A stretch of 58,532 bases of DNA, counting the filler, from Platydemus manokwari (Eukaryota): NCBI GenBank assembly GCA_037951405.1. It is 6 parts of 6 records of this genome, joined end to end, with 100 filler letters (N's around TTAATTAATTAA, not from the genome) between each part and the next. Parts side by side here need not be neighbours in the genome. Positions count along the whole stretch, not along the records: positions 18,691 to 28,291 come from JBBMOY011227321.1; positions 28,392 to 38,941 come from JBBMOY011124997.1; positions 39,042 to 49,091 come from JBBMOY011174433.1; 3 more parts are not named here. One strand, given 5' to 3'. Position numbers and translations under genes: made by a program. Below, piece by piece: positions 26,540 to 39,168 of this stretch (position 1 is its first letter; each line of letters begins with the position of its first letter). The notes beneath the pieces are model-generated. The model was not told the DNA's origin and did not search any database. It worked only from the letters and a program-made list of their open reading frames with translations.

Positions 26540-27205
26540 TTATAAAATATCTTTGAAAATAAAATTTCTATTTTCCTCAAAAGCTATATATTGTCTCCCA
26601 TTGTTTGTTTACAATAAAATTGAAAACTTTTTTAGAGTATTACTGAATGATTTAGCATATATTAAATCTTTAATCCTTTTATTTAATTTAAACAAAATAA
26701 TGAAGGTTGAATTATTTCTGAATGCCTTGTTAGATAAATCAAACCAACTTTCCGATAGATAAATATCATTGCAACAATTATGTCGTCCTCCTGTATAATA
26801 ACCATACATTATTTTTCGATTTTTGTTTATAACACGATCATCAAATATTATCAGTGTTTTTTAGTTTTATTATAATCAGTAGGATTCATAATTACATTAA
26901 ATAAAGAAGTCATAATTATAGAAGGAACCTCTTTCAATGTAATTCATTCTTTTGCAAAGTTTTCACAAATTTCTCTAATAATTATATCTTTATCAAAATA
27001 ATCTTGATCTTCCAATATTTTTATTATACTTTATTTTGATTATCCATTTCGAAAGCCATGGTATCAAATTTGATATTCTTCTTGATAAACAATTTTTGGA
27101 AATATTATTAAATTATTATAATGTAAAAACCCTGGTGTTAATAACCCAGAGCATGCAAGAAATATCCAGAGAATTAAAAATTTAAAAACCATCCTTCCAA
27201 GACAT
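26540..27205 (-). mobile_element. Decayed Polinton/Maverick-type (A32/FtsK-HerA) packaging ATPase
   Basis: MSWKDGF...LLTPGFLHYNNLIIF..YQEEYQI*YHGF, Walker B LIIFDD, then YYTGGRHNCCNDIYLSESWF and RNNSTFIILFK (the GRH, SQ and RxN motifs of A32-like ATPases). Walker A appears deleted. Stops and frameshifts present. Confidence 0.75.
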
Positions 27206-27778
27206 ATAATTATAGAATCCTTTAACTAACTTTTTAAAATGTTTTATGACTATCTATTTACATCTGCTTTCCTTTAAATACCACAAAATCATGAAAATCA
27301 CCATATCAGCCGACCGCCTACCGACATAATTCTCATTGAATTCTCAGTCTACGTTTCTCTTGAATCATTTTTTGGTTTGAGTAACAATTATATCCCAAGA
27401 GCAAAATTGATTTCCTATATCCAAATATTAATGTAATGAATAAGTTTCTGACCAACCCTTGAAGAATTTGAATTTCTGTTGAATGAAGATGTTCAACCTT
27501 TGCACTCCTTCAATCTGATTCTAAGGCTATAAATGAAAATTTATGAATGTTAATTGCATTTTTTCTATAATTTCAAATACTCTACACAAGGCGACGTTCT
27601 TTGATATCTTGCCGTTCATAGTTGGCTATGGAATATTGCAGATATCACTATGCATTCCTTCATTGAAAGAATATTTATATTTACATACTGTATTTAATTA
27701 AAGTAAAGTAACAAACAAGTTCTATCATTAGAAAATTAATTGACAAAATGTGGCAGAAAGAGAATCCTTAACATCCAT

Positions 27779-28124
27779 TCAAGTTACTGTCAAAGAAACT
27801 GTCATCCCTTCAGCCTTTACCTGACCTTGGCCTTTCCATTTGCTCAGCCAAATTTCAGAGATGGCCTTGGAGTCTGTAGCCTTCAAACCACGACACGTGA
27901 AGACAAGTTTCCTGAGTGGTTTATGACTAGACATCTTACATCTCAGGGCCTCCATGAGTTCAGGTTCAAAAGGCGACACAATGGAGCAGCATCTGGCTGT
28001 AATCTCATCCAGGCTGCTATTGTTATCTGCGCTCAGATAAAGAAGCTTCTGGAGACTTGTGTTTGTGATATTTTGGTTCTGTGACAGAACAACGCTGCGC
28101 AATGACCTCACTAATACGGGAAGT
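27779..28124 (-). CDS. TONSL: Terminal exon of a Tonsoku-like (LRR C-terminus) gene; upstream exons not in this piece
   Basis: Acceptor TTTCTTTGTTTCAG ends at 28125. LRSVVLSQNQNITNTSLQKLL..LDEITARCCSIVSP..LRKLVFTCRGL..D.KAISEIW resembles the TONSL C-terminus (LDLSxNPxI...GCxVQGP...LRELQL...L..DRDAL). Confidence 0.55.
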
Positions 28125-28291
28125 CTGAAACAAAGAAATAACTAGTTTAATTATTTTAGATAACATTATCAAATTGAATTAAAGAATCGGGCTCTACTGA
28201 TGATTTGAAAGATTTGAACCCTTGCAATTAGGACATTGACATATATGAAATATATCCCATAATGAATTAAAGAAATATGTTTGCATATGGT

Positions 28292-28391
28292 NNNNNNNNN
28301 NNNNNNNNNNNNNNNNNNNNNNNNNNNNNNNNNNNTTAATTAATTAANNNNNNNNNNNNNNNNNNNNNNNNNNNNNNNNNNNNNNNNNNNN
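28292..28391. other. Artificial contig linker
   Basis: N44-TTAATTAATTAA-N44. Confidence 0.97.
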
Positions 28392-28659
28392 CCGGGAATT
28401 TCCATCACGTTTATGAATTTTTAAACTATTTTCTTACTTTGATCTCTATTATTTATAATTACAAAAGTTTAAGACCTTAAATATTCTCTATAGTTTTTCT
28501 AACCTTACAAATTTTATTATTAAAAATTCTAACCTTACTTATTAATTATTATTAAGTTTTTGACATTTGAAATTACTATTTTATTTCTTTTTCACTCTTT
28601 TTATAAATAATAATAATATATTAATTTATATTTCTTTAACAGAAAATAATCAACAAAGT

Positions 28660-28845
28660 TTACAATAAAATGTTCATCAAATAAAATTAATATTCACAAA
28701 AATAATCAAAATAAAATGTTCAAATTATTCATCAAATAATATTAATATTCACAATAACAAAATGTTCGTCAAAAAATGTTCAAAGGTAATCAAAATGTTC
28801 ATCAATATTCACAACAATGTTTAATATCAGAAAAGTTCACTAATA
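28660..28845. repeat. Degenerate repeat array of AATGTTCA/AATATTCAC motifs
   Basis: About ten interleaved copies read directly, downstream of the minus-strand ORF 28917-29204. Confidence 0.7.
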
Positions 28846-28916
28846 AACAGTTATTGGGATTTGGATTGGATTGGGATTTGGACTTTCTGGATCGTAGACG
28901 GGAATCTCCACTGACA

Positions 28917-29204
28917 TCAGGCGTCTAAATCCACGCTCCAGTCTTGGGTGGACCAATTTTCCCCTGATTTTATTATTATTGCGGGCTTTATTATTGGCGT
29001 TCCGGGTCTTTCAGGTTTCTGTCTTGGGAACTGTTTCGGAGGTGTTTTGGGTCTTTTAAACTCGGGGTTTTTCCGCGGCTGCTGGTGCTCTTGGGACAGC
29101 TGTTGTTGCTGTCTCCATTCGCTATATTTTTTAACTGAATATGGGATTTTCTCGTCCTCGTCTTCGCTCTGTTCACTATCCGAATAGAGCACAAGACGTT
29201 CCAT
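28917..29204 (-). CDS. Orphan 95-aa acidic/Q-P-K-rich ORF, best-preserved member of a dispersed repeat family
   Basis: Intact ATG-to-TGA ORF, GC-richer than its flanks. The C-terminal IKP...DWSVDLD recurs in degenerate form near 38031, 38515 and 56621. Confidence 0.45.
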   Translation of the reverse strand: MERLVLYSDSEQSEDEDEKIPYSVKKYSEWRQQQQLSQEHQQPRKNPEFKRPKTPPKQFPRQKPERPGTPIIKPAIIIKSGENWSTQDWSVDLDA

Positions 29205-31944
29205 ACTATCCCAAAATTATTGTTGGGTACATACTAAATATTAATAACTAGAATATTAAAAAAATTTCAAGTTATTGTACAATGAAACATGCTGTATAGT
29301 AATATGAAAAAATCAAAAAAGGGAATACTGATATAATTTTCATCTTCAATTTCTTTATAAAGAGGATGATTATCTTACTTTTTAATTAAAATTTATTTAA
29401 TTAATTTATAACCACCATATAAACTTCAGCTCTGATCTCATTCAGCTGAAATATAATTAACTGAAAAAGAAACTAAATCTACAGCGTTTAATAGTAGTTG
29501 TTACTGTAGCATTAGGCCTAACCATTAATAAAATAATCAATCAGGACTATTACTGGTACAACAATAAGAGACATCTTATATTTTATAGTTCCATCAATAT
29601 ACTATCGCACATTAGAATTAATTATAATTATAAAATCAGACATTGCCTAAAATAACTGTTGTTAGATATTTATTATTGTTAAGGTTAATTTCTAAACAAC
29701 TAAATAATCACTTACTCCAAAACTCGAAGGTTTTATTTCCAATTTATACTGACCAGTATGACTTATAAAAATACCCTAATAATCGTACTACTTAAAAACT
29801 TAAATAAACTTGGGTTTACTGGCAGTTGCACATCTTTACCACGATATTTATACTCGAGATCTATGAATAATTTTAGTGTCATGTTTGTATCACATTTTTA
29901 TTTAATCTTTGCTTTTCCATGTTCCTATTGGGTTTATTAATTTTTGCGTGAGTGGGATTGATCAATCCCTAGGTGTGTCGTTTACCATCTAATTAGGCTG
30001 TGATTTGTTGGTTGCAGTGCCTGTGTGGTTGTGTAGGCATGCAAATGTTTTAAGTGCTTAAACAATGGTTCTGAGGTGCATTTGCGTTTTTCTTCTGAAG
30101 AATTTCATTTCACTCAACATTGTCTTTGGTTTTTATTATCTTAGTGTTTATTCTAATAATATTTATATTACAATTAAATAATATTGGAAATTGATTTATT
30201 CCATTATTGATCTATAACTTGGCATATATTTGTGTTCATAAAATGCACCTTTGGAGTTAGGTGTCACTAATAAAATTGTTTATAAAATATTTTAAAGCTC
30301 AAAGCATTTATAAATAAAAATCCCTAGTTGCATTAAGTCACATAATTTTTAATTTATTTTGATCCAAATTATATTAAGTTAAAAAGCTTAGTTAACCTAA
30401 TAATATTGTCGGGTCTATCCAATTTACAGCACAACAATACTCGTTACTTATTAATTTGATTTCAAAAGCCAAATAAGTTGATCACGAAGATTTATTTATT
30501 ATTACCGTTGTACAAGATTAAATCAAGATGGCTGAGGCCTTAAATAAGTTCATCAATAAAATCTGATAAAGTTTTGATACAAAATTGAAAATACTGGTCA
30601 AGGGTCTATTCCTAATCTTACTATTAGACTCCTATAAACTATTACGATACGAACAAATTAAAATACTATTCACAAATAGCGTAACAATTAATAATAAAGA
30701 ATTAAAATAGCCTGTATTTAACTATAATCTTCCTCTGAAATTTGATTGTTATTTCTTTAAATATCATTTCGATTGCAACACTGTGCAGCAAATTCTCTGC
30801 CATTGGCTTGGTATTTATAAAATGCCGAGTCAATAATTATGAATAATTATCTTAGTGTTTGCTTTAAATATAATTTAATTTCAATACTAATTTTTATTAA
30901 TAATAATTTCATTTTAGCAGTCATTATTTTCTTTCAGTTTTATTCATTTATTTTTATTTTCAAGCATTTCAATCAAGTGTTTAAATTCATTTTAGCTCAA
31001 TATTTCTCATTACTTCATTTTTATTTTTTTATTGGCTCGGCTCTTCAGTATTAACTACCTTTATTTCGGGTCATTAGTTTTGTTTGGTCAAGCTGAGCTT
31101 TTAGAATAATGCTGAGACTAGGTTTGGAATAATTAGAATTTGTCTACTAACATTATCAATAATACTACGATCCAAAATAAATGGCCTATCAAGATCACGA
31201 ATCAACTTGAAAATATAATTTTAAAGTCTTTATGATATGGGACCTCAGGAGTTCGGCAGTAGGTTACACTGTATAAGTATTCTTATATTTAGTCGCCACA
31301 CTAATACTTAAGCCTCAAGATATTCAATAGATCACAATTACACTCGTGCATACAGTTATTTGAGTTAAAGACAGGATAAGAAACGAACCTATTAATGCAA
31401 TAATTTTTTACAGTATTGTTTAGGGTCATTCTTCTTAGAAATATTAATAATTACCGACGATATTTTTTGAGTGAATTTTTATATGGTGCTATTTCTGGTT
31501 TCTCGCTGGGATATCTTCCCATCTAATATCTAACTTCTGTAATTAGTTGGTGCAATCAATAGAAACGAAATAATTTAAAAATAACGATTGGATAATAATG
31601 ATATTTAAAAGTTGCAAGATGTTGTGCCCTCAAAAATCGGAGACCATACAAAACTAATATCGCCATATCTTGGTTGCAAATGTTTATCTGGCATTGAATT
31701 TATTTTGTACATTATATATCGAATAGCATTTGCACGTTTAATTTGAAAATAAATTATTGGTGAATTTTATACCTAGATTTTATACACTCTTAATATTGAG
31801 TCAAGAACCATGTTTATGATATCATTTAGAGTACATTTTAGTGACAATCGATTTTTTAAAAAAATTGAAGTACATTGGAAATTTTAAATCAAAAATTATT
31901 TATTCTTGCTGTCTGAAAAGTAATATGAAACTTCACATAATCTA

Positions 31945-32128
31945 CAGTCAAACCTGTTTTTGTGTGGTCTTTTTTATGGGCTTTTTTTGTGCCTGTACCG
32001 CATAAAAAAATTTCTTTACTATGCTGTGAAAAATTATTTCTTATAGTTATTTATGAAGTTTTTGAATTTTTTTGTGTGCGGTTTTTTTTCTGCGGTCCCT
32101 ATCTACCGCACAAAAACAGGTTTGACTG
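31945..32128. mobile_element. pogo/Tigger-type (Tc1/mariner superfamily) MITE, 184 bp
   Basis: 24-bp TIR CAGTCAAACCTGTTTTTGTG(T/C)GGT with one mismatch. TA TSD on both sides. Confidence 0.92.
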
Positions 32129-32552
32129 TACTTTGTATCTTTTTAAATTTATTTTTTAAGACAGCAATCATCTTCATTATAGATTGACTTTAAACACAAT
32201 TTCAAGAGGCTCTTGAAATTTTAAGCCTATTGTGCTCACATCCTTGGTTCCTTGACACTATTAAAAAGTTAATAAATTATAAGTAACTGTGATGCAACGC
32301 TAGATAAATTACAACCTGTTTCATATAGCTCAAATAAAATTACTAGAATTTATAGTAATTTAAGCAATAATTTGTTTAAATTAACACATAAAATTGTTTA
32401 TGTGCACTTTGAAAAGTATCCGCATAAACTCAAATATATAAAACCAAATAATATGCTATTTTTTATTACAAAAATTTTATTTCGAGGATCTAATATCTCA
32501 TAATGATAATTTCATTCAAAACACATTAAAAGTAAAAACATGTATTAGTGAA

Positions 32553-35500
32553 TCAACAATTTTTTCTACTACCACCAAATCCGCTAAAACCCATCAACGA
32601 GTTAATTTCGTCATTTGGTAATTCTTCTTCGCGTGGTTCAAATCTTCTCTTCCTCTCTTTGCGTCTTTCTTTTCTTTGTGCTCGAACTTTTTCTTCTTCT
32701 TCCTCCAATTGCTTGATTTTTTCATCTAAGCTGATTTCTTTTAAAGCTTCTTCTCTCTTTTGTTTAATCATTTCAAACCTATTTTCATAAAAAATAAAGT
32801 AATATCTTGTTATAATGATGAATATTTAAAAGCAATTGTGATCATAAAATTGCTAAAAGACAATTTGAATATTAACATAAAAATAATTTTTCAAACAGAT
32901 TTTTCGTTAAATTTTAGTATTTTTAAACTAGCGATTGACTTTAAATTGTATTCTTATTGCAAATAATATCTTTAAATATCAATTCCGTGGATAAGTTCAT
33001 AAAAAAGGTTATAACAAAAACAGTTTTCTGACCATTTAATATCAATGATGAATCATGATCCATGTACGACTATATGACTTCATTACTTGTTATTGATTTT
33101 CGCGCTTTAAATGAAATTCAAAATATTTCTAACAGTTTGAGTAATTATTATTATCTTTATTACCTTTAAGTATTCAAAATTTTTATTGTTAATTTTATTT
33201 AATTTCTTTAAATCTTAAATAATTTTCACAATGATTTGAACTGCAGAGTAAAAATTAATTTACCAAGAAAATGACAAGGAAAATCAGAAAATATGGGGAG
33301 CTTAGCTGAAAATTTTTGTATTAAAGGGTGCTTAATAGGAACAAAATGCTTGAAACTGATGAAAATGGTAAATCATATATATATACAGATAAAATTATTT
33401 AGTTAATAACAATAAATAGAAATTTCCCGGAATAACTTATTGAATTTGTTCTTAAAATAAATAATAATTTTCTATAAAATAAAAGCAATTAAATCCAATA
33501 CAGTATAAATAAGCTGACAACAGTAATCGTTTGTCCAATTTATTAATTGAAATTAATAGAGACGATTGGTAACAAATAACCAAGTTTAGATCAATCCGTT
33601 GAAACTCGTATGTACCAATTTATTAATTAAAGGACCTAGTGTTAATTCCACAAGCCATCCAAAGGATAAACTCAAGCCATTTGAACTTGAAGACACGCAA
33701 GATACCCATAGTGTTAAAATTATATATAAGTATTTAGACGCATATTTCCTATTTCCTTGAGTAAGGCTTACTCTTGAAGATTTTATTAACCATAAACGAG
33801 TTGTCTGAGAATTGTAGGGATTTCATTGGCTCATATGTGTATAAAATAAAGATATTATTAAAATAAAAAATTTTGTATTGGTGTTATAATTGTAATTTTG
33901 TGTATCTAATTTTGTATCTGTGTCAATAAAAATTAAAAAAAAATAACCCAACACCGCTCATCTCGTTTTCGTACGATCATTAGTGGCGAATAAACAACGT
34001 ATAATACGCATGGGTTATCAAAACTTGTTGAAAACGAACCAAATTCTAAACCACCACAAGTATCAATTGATGAATGCTATGTCATGAAAATCAAAGATCT
34101 GGTGCTCAAAAACCACCATTTTAAAAGATTACAAATCTCATTTGATACCAAAACACTCAGTTTTTTGGAAAAAATACGTCTTAAAACAAGAACTTCTGAC
34201 TGCGCCATGAAACGCATAATCACGAGAGATGAGGTTTAGACTTACTGCTATATTTTGCGAGCCAATATAATAACAAAGGTGAACTAAAACCGACAAATCA
34301 CATCAAAACCACTCCAAAAATAAAAATCATGTTAACAGTTTTCTTCAATTATCGTGGTTGCGCATTATGAATTCCTATCACCTAACTAAATTGTTAACAT
34401 TGTTATTATTTTAAAGCTATATGTAGTTTAAATGAATCTACTTACCAGAATTATGAAAAGACAAATATTAGTTTTTCCATCATGATAATGAAACGTCTCA
34501 AACTATATTTATTCGAGACTTCATTAAAAATGCAATATATATTGTTCCATAACTACAATATTCGCATGACTTCTAACTGTTCATTAAAATAAAAATTACT
34601 ACGAGGATACCGTTTTGATTCCAAAAGATAGTAGAAGTTATTTAGACCATTTGGGAAATAAACTTTAACTATAGTTTTAGGAATTTGAAAATACAGTGAT
34701 TTCAGTGTATTACGTCGGAGATTTATTAATTTAAAGGTGATGAAATTGATGAAGAAAAATGAATAAAAAGTTTCAATAAAATGCTCCGGCACATTATGGA
34801 AAAGATTTCGATTTGACAAATTAGATGTAACAAAATTTAATAGTCTAATCTTAAACATAAGGAAATTTTACGACGAAGCTCTACATCTCTAAACTTTTCT
34901 TTTATTCCAGTTGGTAAGATTCATTAAAGGAAGAACGCTTTAGGCTCCTTAATATAAAACTAATCCCATACAAATTTATTCATCCACAAATCTAGATTCA
35001 ATTACAATTCACTTACATATTTAATTGCACATTAGGTAATTTAGAACTAGTGGATTTTGTAAATTGTAAACGCAGTAAATTATTTTTTACTGTTTTAATA
35101 AAATAAAATATGTATATATGTTGTTATGTTTTAATACAAATGATAGGTTATTAAAAACCTTTCTGAAAGGATATACTACTTTAATTCGATGAAAATATCG
35201 ATTTAAGAAATTGTTCTTGGTTTTAAAACATCATATGAAGATGTTGTTTAGATTCTTTGTTGTTTAGATATCAGTGACCAATACTTTATATTCCATTAAA
35301 ATCTCACCTTTATCCAAGCTTGACTTTAGAAGTCATCCAAGCATTCATTTAACATATAAAAGATTAATCTCTAATGTGATTTAATAAATAAACTATTTAT
35401 ACTGCTTCTAGTAGTTTTAAAAAGCAATTTTGAATTTCTTCCCTACGAACGCTAGCTTTATTACGCAAGACTTTACAGAACATATCACTTCAAAAGAGAA

Positions 35501-36161
35501 CCTGATTACTAAATGAATTAATTAAATATCGAATACTTATTATTTAGATAATTTTCTAATTATACAAAAGATTATTATTTTATTTTCCGTTATTGTACTT
35601 ATCAAATATTCTAAATGTCATAATATTATTGCGTTTATTCGTTAAGTTTGTAAAATTTGATGCCAAAATATTCAAAATACGAAAAGCCATGGGAAAAATA
35701 TAAATGTATTATAAATTCATTCAAACTGGTGCAACCACCAAATTAGTTGGTTCAAACTTTATTAATAAACTGACTTAAAAACTACGTAACCATATATTTA
35801 CCTGTTTTTAACTTCATCCACGCTAGATCTTTTAATTCTCATAGACATACCCTGATTTCTTTGATGTTTTTTACCATTTATATGATCCAAAAAATTTATT
35901 GAATCTTTAACAACACAGTCACAAACTTCACAGTAATAACCAGCTTGTTGATTGCCCGGTGCTGATTTGGATATAACTTGTGATTTATTAAGATTTGCTT
36001 CTAAGTAAACCTAAAGTAACTTACATATAATATCGTTGTAATATTTAATTTACTGCGAAATCTCTAGGTTTTAAAAAATCCCTTTTTATTTCTTCGTCGC
36101 TGACTTTGCGAGACTTCTTAAGATGATCCAAATCTTTCGCAATTACTAAGCTTTTATCCAT
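32553..36161 (-). CDS. ZMAT2: Zinc finger matrin-type 2 / Snu23 spliceosomal protein, 3 exons (36161-36054, 36010-35802, 32778-32553)
   Basis: [49 protein letters not shown] and C-terminal MGFSGFG. A 43-nt and a 3023-nt GT-AG intron are in frame. The usual N-terminal RRxWD segment is not seen, so the 5' end is uncertain. Confidence 0.93.
33950..34740 (+). mobile_element. Decayed mariner transposase inside ZMAT2 intron 2
   Basis: KRIITRDE (ITGDE), [24 protein letters not shown] (HHDNA) and YSHD (YSPDL) occur in the correct order, with frameshifts. Confidence 0.85.
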
Positions 36162-38811
36162 ATTGAAATAATTTGATTTAATCTTAAAAAATTAAATTTG
36201 CGGTTAAATAAATTATGTTTTTAAACAACAAATAAATAATAAGCTTGTTAATTATTTACTAAAACTAGCATAATATTTAAATTGAAACTTATAAAGTCAG
36301 AAATATGAAGTTCGGTTATTACATTAATAATTTATATTAAATATTTAATAATAAAAAAATTAAATAAATATTAACTCTTGATAAATACTAATTATGTTTT
36401 CAGATTATTATCCTTAAGCAGTTATGTTAATTTTTATTAATATTTATTCGAAAATTCATTTTCAACTTCTGTAAATTCAAAATAAATTTAACAAAAATAA
36501 AATTAATGGTTGTTTAAAGTTTACACATTGATATTGGCAGATGCACAAATTAAGAAACAAATGTTTTTCTAGTTTAAAATTTTTTATCGACAATAGAATA
36601 AGTTTAAATATATTTAATAGAAACTCATATATCATTGATTAGTAATACTCTCAAGGACTCAGAAAATTTAATAATAGCAAAATTATTTTGTAAGTCATTA
36701 AATATTATGCAAGTGTTGTGGAATGTCATCCAGCAAACAAACAATTTTCTTATTAACAACACGGAACATTTCCCTTGTTTCGATCACAAACAGACCTTGC
36801 CAAAAACATTTTCTTAGTTTGTAATATTGAAACCAGTGTTTACTAACAAATCACCCTTTTGCATCAATAAACATTCAATAGTCTTTGATCATAATAAACC
36901 TTCCCAAATATTCAACATCCCATTTAAGTAAGTATTTATATTTTAAATCATATTTAACATTCCATAAAATTTCTTATTCATCCTATCTTAATTTTTCGAT
37001 CAGCTTTAATATAACGTAGGAGCATTGCATTAGTAGTCTTCATTGAATTTTTAAGGTCAAAATCATCATTTAAAATCGAAGTTTACTTGTCTGATTTTTA
37101 TCAGTTATTTTTTTTGTGTTCAATGTCATAATTTAAGAATATTTTAAATAGCAGCCATATTTAAAGATTAATATAAAAATTCATTTTCAACAACCTTTTT
37201 AATGTCAGAAGTTAAAGTTAGATAAAATAGCAGCTATTATATAGCAGATACAAACTGATAAACTGAACGACACTACCTCCCTTATTTATTATCTCCATAT
37301 TGTAATTTGAGCGAGCTGAAAATAACTTTAAGAATTATAAAGTTTTATCGCACCTTTGATGTTAAGCCGAGATTGATTTAAGACAACAGTGTTTTAAACT
37401 CACAAAATTTGTACAAAGTATAAATAAATAATGCCCAAACGCAGCAATATGATCTGATAAAGCTAAAACAAAATCAATCATAATGTAATCACAGTAAATC
37501 ATTTAATTACAGTTCATAAGTTGAAATTGAAAATGAAACAATTTAAGATTCATTACATACCAAATTTAACCACTTAATTATAAAATTATAGCATAGCATC
37601 ATAAATAAGTGCAAGAACACAAATGTGTAATTTTAAAAGGTAGCTCTTCAGCAAATTAATAAATTTATTCAATCATTGCAACTAAAAGAACTTAATTTAT
37701 AATCGACAATATAATGTTGCTGAGAACTAAAAAATCTGAAAGAGTTAGGTGAGCTGACGATGTGCAGATGAGAAATATTGTCAGACAATGAATCTGGGGA
37801 TAAAGACTTCTATGACGTTTTGCTCACATGAGCAGTAGAAAAGAAGAAATGCCACAACAGAATCGGTAAGATGCACCATAATGTCGAATAAATATTGGCT
37901 AACAGAGATGGTGAATCACATGAAAATAACGACTTGCGACAATTATCAACAATTTAGTGGTTTGAAAAAGGTTGGGAGGAGCAGAAGATTAGAAACATGA
38001 AGATGAGGAAGAACAATAGGAGCTGAAGAGCACTGAGGGTCGACCTTGTGCTTAAAGTAAAATCGAAATAATCGAATTCTGAATTCCACTCCAAGCTCAA
38101 ACTCCAAGCCAAATACCACCAATCGGTCATTTAACATTTATTTAACTTGTTGATAATTTTTGATTTGACATTTAATTAATATTTGAATTTTATTATATTT
38201 ATACAAAATGAATATTTGTTAAATGACGACTTATATTGAAATTTATATTAAAAAGTGATTGCTTTTCATAATTATATAAATTCTTAAATATTCATTATTT
38301 ATAAAGAGAATAAAATTATAAATAATAAAATCAATTACTACATATAAAATGGGTATAAATTAAATATTGTTACAGAGCTGGGTCAACTCAATCTTCAATG
38401 ATATCTTCTCAACAGCCGTCAATGGGATCATCTCAATCCTTGTCTTAAGCCTAACTGGAAATGAGAAATAAATCCAAACAAACCCACTCTCAAAACAATT
38501 AAAGCCTGCAGAGATGGAAAATCGATATCGATGAAGACAATTCAATGGTGATTTACTCTTTAGTGAATTTATTTTAACTCTTCATTTTACTTTGTGCATG
38601 AATAAATTTATTTGTAAATATGTTGTGATGTTCATGTAAAAATTTTTGTAAAAATTCTTATATTGTTCATAAAATAAAAATTTATCAATGCGCATAAATG
38701 ATATTACTTGCACAATTATTGTATTTTTTGGCAAAAATGGGCAAAATATTAATAAAAGTTTGAAATAAATAAAAAATACTACTACTACCGCTCCTACTAC
38801 TACCAATAATC

Positions 38812-38813
38812 CA

Positions 38814-38856
<43 letters not shown>

Positions 38857-38876
38857 GTAATAATAATAATAATAAT
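38812..38876. repeat. (AAT)n microsatellite
   Basis: About 20 near-perfect AAT units. Confidence 0.95.
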
Positions 38877-38941
38877 GCGGTCTCAGAAAGATCACTACAA
38901 ATTTTTTTATGAGATTATGCATGTGAGTTAAATTGCACGCT

Positions 38942-39041
38942 NNNNNNNNNNNNNNNNNNNNNNNNNNNNNNNNNNNNNNNNNNNNTTAATTAATTAANNN
39001 NNNNNNNNNNNNNNNNNNNNNNNNNNNNNNNNNNNNNNNNN
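38942..39041. other. Artificial contig linker
   Basis: N44-TTAATTAATTAA-N44. Confidence 0.97.
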
Positions 39042-39168
39042 TTCCATTATAACTAATAATATTTTTATTATAATTAATAATATTTTCATAATAATTAATA
39101 ATATTTTCATTATAATTATTAATATTTTCATTATAATTAATAATATTTTCATTATAATTAAAAATATC
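39042..39168 (+). repeat. 21-bp AT minisatellite (CATTATAATTAATAATATTTT) x ~6, at contig end
   Basis: Tandem units read directly. Confidence 0.9.

Noticed and set aside
28855-28882. GGGATTT/GGATT repeats as telomeric sequence
   Set aside because: Irregular, internal and only a few units. Better explained as part of the dispersed short-ORF element.
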